From Candidatus Kaiserbacteria bacterium (GTDB lineage: Bacteria > Patescibacteriota > Minisyncoccia > Phycocordibacterales > UBA2100): a DNA stretch of 47,532 bases. Made by a program: the position numbers and the translations under genes. The stretch spans positions 1 to 47,532 of the forward strand of contig VGJQ01000003.1 in assembly GCA_016867375.1 (NCBI GenBank). The letters are read 5' to 3'. Below the pieces are notes generated by a model. The model ran no database searches, was not told the origin of the DNA, and saw only the letters and a list, made by a program, of their open reading frames with translations. Every line of letters begins with the position of its first letter. Position 1 is the stretch's first letter. This document shows, in pieces, positions 35,928-44,028 of this stretch.

Positions 35928-37379
35928 ATGCAGCAGAAGCCTTTCTACATCACGACGTCAATTCCGTATGTAAATGCGGCTCCGCACATCGGACACGCGG
36001 AGGAATTTGTGCAGGCGGATATCATCGCACGCTATCAGCGACTGCGCGGACGCGATGTACGCTTCCTCTCGGGCACCGATGACAATGCACTCAAAAATGT
36101 GCTCAAGGCCGAGGAGGCGGGGGAGCCAGTGGCACAGTATGTGTCCCGACACGCGGATATCTTTGAGGATCTTTTGCAGAAGCTCGCTATTTCCAATGAC
36201 GACTTCATCCGCACCGCATCCGACCCGCGCCATGCACGTGGTGCACAGAAACTCTGGCAAGCATTCAAACCAGAAGACGTGTACAAGAAATCCTACAAAG
36301 GCTTGTATTGTGTCGGATGTGAAGAGTTTAAGACCGAGAAAGACCTGGTGCATGGCGAATGCCCCGAACACCCCGGAAAAAAGCTCGAAGAAGTCGAGGA
36401 GGTCAATCATTTCTTCCGGCTTGGCAACTATGCGGCGACACTCGAAGAACTGCTCGTGAGCGGCTCGCTCAAGATAGTGCCGGAATCACGCAAGAACGAA
36501 GTGCTCGCCTTTATCCGCGGCGGCCTCGAAGACCTTTCGATCTCGCGCAGTCGCGCGCGAGCCCGCGATTGGGGAGTGCCGGTCCCGGGAGACGACGGCC
36601 AAGTCATGTATGTGTGGGTGGACGCGCTGTCCAATTACATCACGGCGCTCGGATATGCCGACGAGGGCAATCTCTATCAGAAATACTGGGCGGGGGAGGC
36701 CGACAAAGTGCACGTGATCGGCAAGGGAATATCGCGTTTCCATGCGATCTACTGGCCTGCCTTTTTACTCTCGGCAGGAGTGCCGCTCCCGACTGAGCTT
36801 TTCGTACACGGATATCTCACGGTCGATGGTCAAAAGATGAGCAAGACAATCGGCAATGTGATCGACCCCTTTGAGCTCATCACCGAATACGGCGCCGATG
36901 CGACACGCTTCTTCCTCGCGCGACACATCCATCCCTTTGAGGATTCCGATTTCACCCGCGAGCGTTTTCGCGAAGCCTACAATGCCGACCTTGCCAATGG
37001 TCTCGGCAATCAGGCGGCGCGTATCATGAAGCTTGCACAGGATAATCTCGATCGTCCGGTAGAGCTTTCTGCAGAATCGCTCACGCTGCAGCAGCCGTTT
37101 TGTGAGCTTGTAGAAAAGTATGAATTGAGCGCCGCGACTGCACTCATCTGGGAGCATATCTCGAAAGCCGATTTGTACATCCAAGAGAAAAAGCCCTTTA
37201 CGCTCGTGAAATCCGACGATACGCGCGAGGAAGGCAAGGAAATCATCGCGAAGCTCGTCAATCACCTCGCAATGATCGCCACCCACCTCGCCCCCATCAT
37301 GCCAGAGACTGCCGCGAAGATCATGACGGCGATCAAAGAAAATAAAAAGCCGGAGAATTTATTCGCGCGTAAGGATTAA
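35928..37379 (+). CDS. metG: methionyl-tRNA synthetase, short form without C-terminal tRNA-binding domain
   Basis: PYVNAAPHIGH (HIGH) and KMSKTIGN (KMSKS). It ends after the anticodon-binding domain. Confidence 0.9.
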   Translation: MQQKPFYITTSIPYVNAAPHIGHAEEFVQADIIARYQRLRGRDVRFLSGTDDNALKNVLKAEEAGEPVAQYVSRHADIFEDLLQKLAISNDDFIRTASDPRHARGAQKLWQAFKPEDVYKKSYKGLYCVGCEEFKTEKDLVHGECPEHPGKKLEEVEEVNHFFRLGNYAATLEELLVSGSLKIVPESRKNEVLAFIRGGLEDLSISRSRARARDWGVPVPGDDGQVMYVWVDALSNYITALGYADEGNLYQKYWAGEADKVHVIGKGISRFHAIYWPAFLLSAGVPLPTELFVHGYLTVDGQKMSKTIGNVIDPFELITEYGADATRFFLARHIHPFEDSDFTRERFREAYNADLANGLGNQAARIMKLAQDNLDRPVELSAESLTLQQPFCELVEKYELSAATALIWEHISKADLYIQEKKPFTLVKSDDTREEGKEIIAKLVNHLAMIATHLAPIMPETAAKIMTAIKENKKPENLFARKD

Positions 37380-37384
37380 CACGT

Positions 37385-37852
37385 ATGGCACATATACATG
37401 AAAAGATCGATTTCACTATCAGTGTTATGGTTGTCGATAATGGAAAGGTATTTCTGCATAAGCACAAGAAACGCGGTATTTGGCTCCCACCTGGCGGACA
37501 TATAGAGCTCGATGAAGATCCTAATCAGGCGGCGCTGAGGGAAGTAAAAGAAGAGGTTGGTTTCGACGTAGACCTCGTAGGAGGCTCGCGACTGCCGTTT
37601 ACTTTTACCAACGGCACACAAGATCTCGTGCCGCCGATGTTTCTCAATAGGCATCGCATCAGCGAGACACATGAACATGTCGATCTTCTCTATTTTGCCC
37701 GCTGTGTAGGTGGAGAGCTTGTGCCCGAGGAAGAGGGTATTGAAATGCGATGGTTTACAGAAGACGAGATTAAGGTCAATGCCGAGGGTATTCACGAAGA
37801 TGTGCAAGTATACGCTCTGGCGGCACTCAAGCACTTTAGGGATAATTTATAA
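37385..37852 (+). CDS. NUDIX hydrolase
   Basis: Nudix box GGHIELDEDPNQAALREVKEEVGF. Confidence 0.85.
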   Translation: MAHIHEKIDFTISVMVVDNGKVFLHKHKKRGIWLPPGGHIELDEDPNQAALREVKEEVGFDVDLVGGSRLPFTFTNGTQDLVPPMFLNRHRISETHEHVDLLYFARCVGGELVPEEEGIEMRWFTEDEIKVNAEGIHEDVQVYALAALKHFRDNL

Positions 37853-37857
37853 TAAAT

Positions 37858-38115
37858 ATGCCATATATTCCACAGTCAGATCGAACAAAGTTCGACGATG
37901 CTATCACCACACTCAAGCCCGAAAAGGCGGGGGAGCTCAATTACATCATCAGTCGCCTCTGTGCCGACTACATCGCCCGCATGGGCAAGAAATATGCCAC
38001 TCTCAACGAAGTGATGGGCGTCCTCACGTGTGCCGCGTCCGAATTCTACCGCCGCCTTATCGCACCCTACGAAGATGAGAAGATCAAATCAAGCGGGGAT
38101 ATCGCAGGTTACTAA
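37858..38115 (+). CDS. conserved hypothetical 85-aa protein (intact paralog of 40528-40877)
   Basis: MPYIPQSDRTKFDD...LNYIISRLC...EFYRRLIAPYEDEKI. It starts 5 nt after the nudix stop. Confidence 0.6.
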   Translation: MPYIPQSDRTKFDDAITTLKPEKAGELNYIISRLCADYIARMGKKYATLNEVMGVLTCAASEFYRRLIAPYEDEKIKSSGDIAGY

Positions 38116-38208
38116 CTATGACGGTGTATAGGGTTGGAACGAGTTGCCAGCAGGACTTGTATAGGTTACAAAGGGGTTAGTTTTGTTCAAAAAAGAAGGA
38201 ACAAAAGA

Positions 38209-38847
38209 ATGAAAGAGGTGATTCAGAAGGTGGAAGAAGCGGTCCGTGAGTTCATGGCAGTGCAGGATAAGGCCCATGACTGGCATCATATCCATCGGGT
38301 GCGCACAATGGCGTTGCGGATTGCTGCATTTGAGGGAGGCGATACAGAGCTCATCGAACTCGCGGCGCTCGTCCACGATGTCGGCGATTATAAGTTCCAT
38401 GAGAGCAAGGAAGTGGGCGAGCAAGCCGCAGTCGATCTCATGGCACGTTATGGCGTCCCACAGCGGATGGTTGAGAAGGCGGTCGATATTATGCGGCGCG
38501 TGTCATTCAAGGGTCTCGATGTTGCCGACGACATGCCGACACTTGAGGGAAAGATCGTGCAAGACGCGGATCGTCTCGATGCGATTGGCGCGATCGCGAT
38601 CGCGCGCACTTTCACGTATGGCGGCACCAAAGGTCGATCCATGCATGATCCGGATGCTCCGCTCACGATACGTTCTTCCGAAGAATATTTGATAGGAAAC
38701 CGTTCGAGCATTCACCACTTCTTCGACAAACTCTTGCATCTGAAGAATCGACTGCATACGAAGACCGCACGAGAGATCGCGACCGAACGACATACCTTCA
38801 TGGAAGAGTTCATCCGCCGTTTCTTAAGAGAATGGGATGGCAAATAA
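38209..38847 (+). CDS. HD-domain phosphohydrolase
   Basis: HDWHHIHRV ... LVHDVGD ... DADRLDAIGA motifs. Confidence 0.8.
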   Translation: MKEVIQKVEEAVREFMAVQDKAHDWHHIHRVRTMALRIAAFEGGDTELIELAALVHDVGDYKFHESKEVGEQAAVDLMARYGVPQRMVEKAVDIMRRVSFKGLDVADDMPTLEGKIVQDADRLDAIGAIAIARTFTYGGTKGRSMHDPDAPLTIRSSEEYLIGNRSSIHHFFDKLLHLKNRLHTKTAREIATERHTFMEEFIRRFLREWDGK

Positions 38848-38880
38848 TAGAAACAGCCCGGCGTTCATACGTCGGGCTGT

Positions 38881-38931
38881 TCACTTTTGTTTCTTGGGTG
38901 CTTGTGGCGCGTTGCGGTCGAGACAGACGCG
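38881..38931 (-). pseudogene. orphan 3' end of a paralog of the 87-aa gene at 41673-41936
   Basis: The minus strand reads RVCLDRNAPQAPKKQK*, versus ACLDRNAPMRPKKQK* at the end of 41673-41936. It shares the adjacent terminator sequence. Confidence 0.75.
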
Positions 38932-38989
38932 TAAGGGCGCGCGCGTTTCTAACAAACCAGCTCTTCAGATATTTGTGTGGACCGCGCGG

Positions 38990-39418
38990 TCAATCGCTTT
39001 TCTTGAGATACTCCACGATGTGCCGCAGGTAATCTCGGTATTGGCCGATCTCGTGCGATATGTCGTCCACCATGCGAACGATATCCACTTTGCCGTAGCG
39101 ATGTACGACGAGATTGCGCAATCCGACGGAAGGCGCAATGCGTCGCGCGAAGTTGTCCGGCAACATACCGCGCTCACCGATCGTTGTGAATGTGCTTTGG
39201 TAATCATCGGGCGCAGGAAGATTCGAAGATGCGATGATGTGCGTGTTGATGTCGATGGCGCAGTCGACGATGAGTTGAAAGAGCCGCTCCACGGTGTGCA
39301 ATTTGAAATTGTCATGCACAATCTCGCGCGTGCCAAGGGCGAGTGTCGGTTCGAGTTCGGCGAGATATGCCTGCATGTCGGCCATCTTCGTTTCCACAAG
39401 ATTTTTGTCGAACGTCAT
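38990..39418 (-). CDS. hepT: HepT (DUF86/HEPN) RNase toxin
   Basis: GLRNLVVHRY RNxxxHxY motif. Confidence 0.8.
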   Translation of the reverse strand: MTFDKNLVETKMADMQAYLAELEPTLALGTREIVHDNFKLHTVERLFQLIVDCAIDINTHIIASSNLPAPDDYQSTFTTIGERGMLPDNFARRIAPSVGLRNLVVHRYGKVDIVRMVDDISHEIGQYRDYLRHIVEYLKKSD

Positions 39419-39825
39419 ACGGCGGGTGCGGCGAGGAACGCGTCAAGCGACGCGCGGCGCAAATCGCGCAACGGTTTTGTCTCCACGAATCGCTTGAAAG
39501 CATACATACCAAACCGAGCGAAAACATGCGGTTCGCGCTCGTAAAGAAGTATCCCTTCTGAGGCGTGTTTTTGCAAGAGGGGGGATGCGCTGCGTATGTC
39601 GACGACGTCCGTTTCTATACCGATGCGTTCTCCGATTTCGTACGCCATTTCCGCCAAATCGAGTGGCGAGAGCGGGCAATCGGCTTGCACAGCGATATCC
39701 GCATCGCTTCCCGCGTGTGTGCGCCCTGTCGCCTGCGAGCCGAATAACACAGCGAAAGATACCCCGTATCGGGGCGCGATCGTCTCTATTGCCGCGCGCG
39801 CCTCACTGATCTCAATCTGCTTCAT
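39415..39825 (-). CDS. mntA: MNT-type nucleotidyltransferase antitoxin
   Basis: LFGSQATGRTHAGSDADIAV. 4-nt overlap with hepT. The start is taken at MKQIEIS rather than the track start at 39912. Confidence 0.8.
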   Translation of the reverse strand: MKQIEISEARAAIETIAPRYGVSFAVLFGSQATGRTHAGSDADIAVQADCPLSPLDLAEMAYEIGERIGIETDVVDIRSASPLLQKHASEGILLYEREPHVFARFGMYAFKRFVETKPLRDLRRASLDAFLAAPAV

Positions 39826-39905
39826 GTAGACATTATACCATATCAACGGAAAAGTTATGCCGAACCAAAAGTTGACTTTTTCGTCAACAAAAGTACACTT
39901 TTGGT

Positions 39906-40187
39906 ATGGCAAAGATCACTGTCTCAGATTCCAATATTGGCCTCAAAGAGTTGCGCGACAATGTCGATACATACATCGCGGCCGTAAAAAAGGGTAAGAA
40001 GTTTACCGTCTACCGACATTCAAAGCCGGTGTTTGCCATCGTGCCTCCCGAGGAGGTCGAATACGACCTCGATGAGCTCGACGGTCCGGGATGGAAGACG
40101 TTGATTGATTTTACAAAGATTCGCAAGGGCGGGGTCCCGGCCGAAGAGGTGCTTGCTGCTATCGACCGTGTGTATGGACAGAGTTGA
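39906..40187 (+). CDS. Phd/YefM-like antitoxin
   Basis: LKELRDNVDTYIAAVKKGKKFTVYRHSKPVFAIVPPEE pattern. It overlaps the downstream toxin gene. Confidence 0.65.
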   Translation: MAKITVSDSNIGLKELRDNVDTYIAAVKKGKKFTVYRHSKPVFAIVPPEEVEYDLDELDGPGWKTLIDFTKIRKGGVPAEEVLAAIDRVYGQS

Positions 40188-40407
40188 AAAATTCATACGC
40201 AAAGTCGGTAAAGATCGTGCGCCCTCCGTCAGAGCGATTATCGCGAGGATAGTTGTAAACGATCTTGCAGGTTTGGATGTCCGAAAACTCAAAGGTAAGG
40301 ATTTTGAATATCGTATTCGTGTCGGCCGCATCCGCATCAAATTTGTTCGTAGTGCCTTGGGTAATAATGAGGTCATCGACATCACTTTCCGCGATAACAA
40401 CACGTAA
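40174..40407 (+). CDS. RelE/ParE-superfamily toxin
   Basis: 77 aa with LKGKDFEYRIRVGRIRIKF, matching the RelE-like L.G....yRiRvGdyRi motif. Confidence 0.65.
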   Translation: MDRVEKFIRKVGKDRAPSVRAIIARIVVNDLAGLDVRKLKGKDFEYRIRVGRIRIKFVRSALGNNEVIDITFRDNNT

Positions 40408-40412
40408 GGGTA

Positions 40413-40455
40413 TTAAAAGGCGACGCCTTTTAGGCAAAAAGGCGTCGCCTTTTTC
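40413..40455 (+). terminator. long inverted repeat / terminator
   Basis: aaaaggcgacgcctttt-aggc-aaaaaggcgtcgccttttt. Confidence 0.6.
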
Positions 40456-40527
40456 TCGCCCCCCTAACCCCTCTCGACTGCCCGACGCAAACATGCGTCG
40501 TGTCGCCTTTTAATATATAATCCTCAC

Positions 40528-40877
40528 ATGCCCTATATCCCACAGTCAGATCGTACAAAGTTCGACGATGCCATCACGGCGCTCAAGCCCGAAAAGACGG
40601 GGGAGCTCAATTACGTCATCAGTCGCCTCTGTGCCGACTACATCGCCCGTACGGGCACAGGGTACGCCAATCTCAACGAGGTGATGGGCGTCCTCACGTG
40701 TGCGTCGGTTGAGTTTTAGGTCCCGTTCATAAATAACTGCAACACAAAATGAACGGGCCCATAAGTGTAGTCCACAAATAACGGGTACGTTAATTTGTGG
40801 ACGAGCCCTTACCGCCGCGTGGTGGCCCCGTACGAAGATACAAAGATCGCATCCGATGGCGATATTAAGGGATATTG
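40528..40877 (+). pseudogene. paralog of 37858-38115 disrupted by a 91-bp insertion
   Basis: Collinear with the intact paralog up to ..SVEF, then TAG from the insertion. The remainder, YRRVVAPYEDTKIASDGDIKGY*, resumes after the element. Confidence 0.85.
40719..40809. mobile_element. 91-bp MITE-like element with TA target-site duplication
   Basis: TA at 40717-40718 and 40810-40811. Removing the element plus one TA restores gag ttt tac cgc cgc = EFYRR as in the paralog. Imperfect terminal inverted repeats and two internal hairpins (40722-40757 and 40770-40802). Confidence 0.8.
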
Positions 40878-40934
40878 AGATGATGCGGACTCTTGCATTT
40901 GTGCAAAAGATATAGTGTGATACAGTTTCGTCAT

Positions 40935-41156
40935 ATGGAACGAGAGTACACGGCAGTAATAAAAAAAGAGGGTTCATGGTACGTCGCGTGGCTTGAAGAG
41001 GTGCCAGGCGTCAATACGCAAGGTCGGACGCTCAAAGAAGTGCGCGAGAACTTGAAAGATGCGGCGATGTTGCTGTTTGAGGTCAATCGCAAGATCTCTC
41101 GCGCCCATGGCCGCGGAGTCATACACGAGCCGTTGCGCATCACGGTGGCGGCATGA
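40935..41156 (+). CDS. hicB: HicB-like antitoxin
   Basis: YTAVIKKEGSWYVAWLEEVPGVNTQGRTLKEVRENLKDA pattern. ATGA overlap with hicA. Confidence 0.7.
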   Translation: MEREYTAVIKKEGSWYVAWLEEVPGVNTQGRTLKEVRENLKDAAMLLFEVNRKISRAHGRGVIHEPLRITVAA

Positions 41157-41350
41157 AGCGGGCAAAACTGGTGGCATACCTCGAAGAAAAAGGATGCCTA
41201 CTCATTCGTGAGGGGGCGAAGCATTCGGTTTTTATAAACATGAATGCACAACTCTCCTCAACAGTCCCTCGACATCGCGAAATAAGAGACGCTCTTGCCG
41301 GTAAGATATGCAAAGATTTAGGTATTCCAAAAATCCGCCAAGGAAAATAA
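41153..41350 (+). CDS. hicA: HicA mRNA interferase toxin
   Basis: KLVAYLEEKGCLLIREGAKHSVF...VPRHREI pattern. Confidence 0.75.
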   Translation: MKRAKLVAYLEEKGCLLIREGAKHSVFINMNAQLSSTVPRHREIRDALAGKICKDLGIPKIRQGK

Positions 41351-41359
41351 ACAGCAATT

Positions 41360-41587
41360 ATGTCCTGGCATTTTGCACTTATAAATAAAAGGCTGGCGGA
41401 ATTCTTTTTCAAAAAGAAATGCGGTCGAATCATGCCGCAAGGTCATTGTTATATGACTCGCGAAAACTGTGACACAGCAGAAGAACAGAAGTGGATAGAT
41501 GAAGATATCAAAAAGCATAGTTTCACATACCGAAGTGGAAAATATCGGCATATCCCCACTGGAAAGATCTTTTCCAGGCACACTTGA
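41360..41587 (+). CDS. hypothetical 75-aa protein
   Basis: AT-rich ORF with no recognisable motif. Confidence 0.35.
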   Translation: MSWHFALINKRLAEFFFKKKCGRIMPQGHCYMTRENCDTAEEQKWIDEDIKKHSFTYRSGKYRHIPTGKIFSRHT

Positions 41588-41640
41588 TGGAACAGTTTCT
41601 CAAACAATGTATGAAAGAGTGGAAAGGTAACGACGTGTAG
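41587..41640 (+). pseudogene. orphan 3' end resembling the HD-hydrolase gene terminus
   Basis: MEQFLKQCMKEWKGNDV* versus the HD C-terminus EEFIRRFLREWDGK*. It is followed by the same terminator sequence as at 38850-38885. Confidence 0.5.
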
Positions 41641-41672
41641 AAACAGCCCGACGGATAGGTGCGTCGGGCTGT

Positions 41673-41936
41673 TCACTTTTGTTTCTTTGGCCTCATTGGC
41701 GCGTTGCGGTCGAGGCACGCACGTTCGACTTCGGGGAGGTGGCAAAATGTCTCTACTGCCTGCTCCTCCTGTCCTTCCGGCACGGCGACGCACAGCGGAG
41801 GGTAGTATCCGCCATAGGCATCGTGGATCACGGTGTATCCATACTGCTCGATGATAGCGACGGCCTGCCGGTATGAGACGCCGTCCCGAAAGATGACCAG
41901 GATGCGCCCTGGTAAGTATTCTGGATCGCGTGTCAT
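41673..41936 (-). CDS. hypothetical 87-aa protein
   Basis: ORF with its terminator. The 3' end is duplicated at 38881-38931. Confidence 0.5.
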   Translation of the reverse strand: MTRDPEYLPGRILVIFRDGVSYRQAVAIIEQYGYTVIHDAYGGYYPPLCVAVPEGQEEQAVETFCHLPEVERACLDRNAPMRPKKQK

Positions 41937-41994
41937 GGGTTGTCCTCCTGCGCTTCTCCTATTATATCTCGATCTTCTGCTCTATAATCCACCT

Positions 41995-42825
41995 ATGAAA
42001 TACTTCGACGCACATACACATGTACAGTTTGCCGCTTATGATGTCGATCGTGCAGAGACTGTCGCGCGGGCGCTTGAGGCAGGAGTGGGGATGAATGTCG
42101 TGGGGACGCAGATCGATACTTCGCGTGCTGCGCTCGCGGTGGCGCAGCAGTACGATGGTGTGTGGGCGACGATCGGTCTGCACCCGGTACATACCAGTAA
42201 GTCATATCACGATACCAAAGAGCTCGGGGAAGGTGGGCAGGAGTTTACTTCGCGTGGCGAAGTGTTTGATTTTGCCGCGTACGAAGCGCTCGGCCGGGAC
42301 CCAAAAGTGATCGCCATCGGCGAGTGCGGGCTCGACTATTATCGCGTCGACGAAAGCACCAAGGCGATCCAGGTGGAGACCTTTGTGCAGCAGATTGAAT
42401 TGGCCAATGCACTCGGCAAGCCCCTCATGCTCCATATCCGCAACGGGGTGGGGGAGGCCAATGCCTATCTCAATGCACTTGAGCTCATCAAATCACATGC
42501 GAAGGTACAGGGTGATGTACACTTCTTCGCGGGGGATTGGGAGATCGCGCAGAAGTTTCTCGATAGTGGCTTCACACTCTCATTCACCGGTGTGGTCACG
42601 TTTACCCATGATTACGACGAGGTGGTGCGCAATACGCCACTCGACATGATCTTGTCTGAGACCGATGCTCCCTACATCACACCGGTGCCTTATCGCGGCA
42701 AGCGCAACGAATCGGCATACATTCCGCACATCGTCGAAGCAATCGCCCGGATTAAGAGTGAGGATATTGAGACAGTGCGCACACAACTGCTCGAAAATGC
42801 GCGGCGTGTGTTTGGTGTAACTTGA
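41995..42825 (+). CDS. tatD: TatD-family metal-dependent DNase/hydrolase
   Basis: FDAHTHVQF HxH start, GECGLDY, TDAPY motifs. The track start at 41833 is an upstream extension. Confidence 0.85.
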   Translation: MKYFDAHTHVQFAAYDVDRAETVARALEAGVGMNVVGTQIDTSRAALAVAQQYDGVWATIGLHPVHTSKSYHDTKELGEGGQEFTSRGEVFDFAAYEALGRDPKVIAIGECGLDYYRVDESTKAIQVETFVQQIELANALGKPLMLHIRNGVGEANAYLNALELIKSHAKVQGDVHFFAGDWEIAQKFLDSGFTLSFTGVVTFTHDYDEVVRNTPLDMILSETDAPYITPVPYRGKRNESAYIPHIVEAIARIKSEDIETVRTQLLENARRVFGVT

Positions 42826-42906
42826 CGTAGGGCTCTATTTATATTATTTTCACGTGAGGCTACACAACCTTTGGTCTCTTACAAAATACAACTTACGGAG
42901 GTAGCG

Positions 42907-43962
42907 GTGAAGACCTACATTCTCAATACGGGCGGAACGCTCGGGATGGTGGGTAAACCACTTCGTCCCGCGAAGTCCGCAAAGGAACTACTGGAGGGTA
43001 TTAATGTACCGTCTGGAATTGAGATTACGTTGGAAGACTTTCCACTTCGGCAAGATTCGACCAATGTGATGCACAAAGATCGCGTCCAAATGGGTGAGTT
43101 GATCGCCACAGTTTATGACGAGCATGATGCGTTCGTTGTTCTCCATGGCACCGACTCTCTCGCCGAGACGTGCGCGTTCTTCTCGATGCTGTTTAAGCTC
43201 TCACTCCAGAAACCTCTGTTCGTCATTGGTGCGCAGATGAGTAAGGACGAGAGCGGTACCGACGTACCGATGCAGATTGCAAACACGTTACGGGTAGCTG
43301 ATGCTTTCATCCATAACAATGTTGTGGGTGTGTACAGCGTTTGTATTGGCGATGTCCTTCACGGCGCAAGGGTGCGCAAGCGGCGCGATTCGGACTTCTC
43401 AGCGTTCTACACGCCGGGGATTTATCCCGTTGCTCAGGCATGGCCGCATGTGCTCATTCAGGAATGGGCACGAAAAAAGGATGGCGTTCTCGAAGTGCAG
43501 GGGCTACGCCTCGATTCGCAGTTCGAGCAACAGGTTGCGATCATAATTGTTTCTGCCGACAGCCCGCCCTACATTCTCATGGACATGGTGAAGGCAGGGA
43601 AAATCCGAGGCGTGGTTCTGGAGTGTAAAGGGGCGGGCAATGTTCCCGACCGTGTTTGGGACTTTGCTGACGAGGGTTCCTACTCGTGGATTGACGCGAT
43701 TCGTGCGGCTACACAAAAAGGAATTCACGTCGGAATCCTCTCACCGTTTGAGGACGGACGTGTCGAACTTGAGCGCTACGAACTCGGTCAGAAGGCGAAG
43801 GAGGCAGGGGCAATCAGTCTTGAGAGTCTCACCCCGGCGATGGGCGATGTGAAGCTTCGGCAAGCCATTGCCATGCATCCAGAACATCCTGACCGGATCC
43901 AGCGGTTCATCTCCACAAACATTCTCGGCGAACTCTTGCCGGGATTTGTGAACGAACGCTAA
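42907..43962 (+). CDS. L-asparaginase, type I-like
   Basis: NTGGTLGM and LHGTDSLAET motifs. GTG start 6 nt after GGAGG. Confidence 0.75.
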   Translation: MKTYILNTGGTLGMVGKPLRPAKSAKELLEGINVPSGIEITLEDFPLRQDSTNVMHKDRVQMGELIATVYDEHDAFVVLHGTDSLAETCAFFSMLFKLSLQKPLFVIGAQMSKDESGTDVPMQIANTLRVADAFIHNNVVGVYSVCIGDVLHGARVRKRRDSDFSAFYTPGIYPVAQAWPHVLIQEWARKKDGVLEVQGLRLDSQFEQQVAIIIVSADSPPYILMDMVKAGKIRGVVLECKGAGNVPDRVWDFADEGSYSWIDAIRAATQKGIHVGILSPFEDGRVELERYELGQKAKEAGAISLESLTPAMGDVKLRQAIAMHPEHPDRIQRFISTNILGELLPGFVNER

Positions 43963-43981
43963 TTGGTTTGCAATTCATTAA

Positions 43982-44020
43982 GGACTGGTTTAGGTATTCC
44001 CTAGGCCAGTCCGATTTTTT
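43982..44020 (+). terminator. intrinsic terminator
   Basis: ggactgg...ccagtcc followed by gatttttt. Confidence 0.65.
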
Positions 44021-44028
44021 ATCAAAAG

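Noticed and set aside
38862-38872. 11-mer cgttcatacgt shared between a terminator loop and MITE copy B (22792-22802)
   Set aside because: Exact 11-mer coincidences are expected many times over in a 47-kb window read on both strands. There is no flanking similarity.
38837-39544. 235-aa plus-strand ORF
   Set aside because: It lies antisense to two minus-strand genes with clear HepT (RNxxxHxY) and MNT (GSx..SDxD) motifs. Its own translation is Arg/Ala-rich with no motif, so it is a shadow ORF.
40417-40451. Recurring 13-mer AAGGCG(A/T)CGCCTT (also at 21506-21518) as a possible dispersed motif
   Set aside because: 13-mer matches are still plausible by chance at this window size. The sequence is a generic GC stem with A/T runs typical of terminators. 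The evidence is insufficient to call a repeat family.
40717-40811. The 93-nt in-frame interruption considered as an intein or self-splicing intron
   Set aside because: It opens with an in-frame TAG, is far too short for an intein or a group I/II intron, and has terminal inverted repeats plus a TA duplication. These features fit a transposon-derived element instead.
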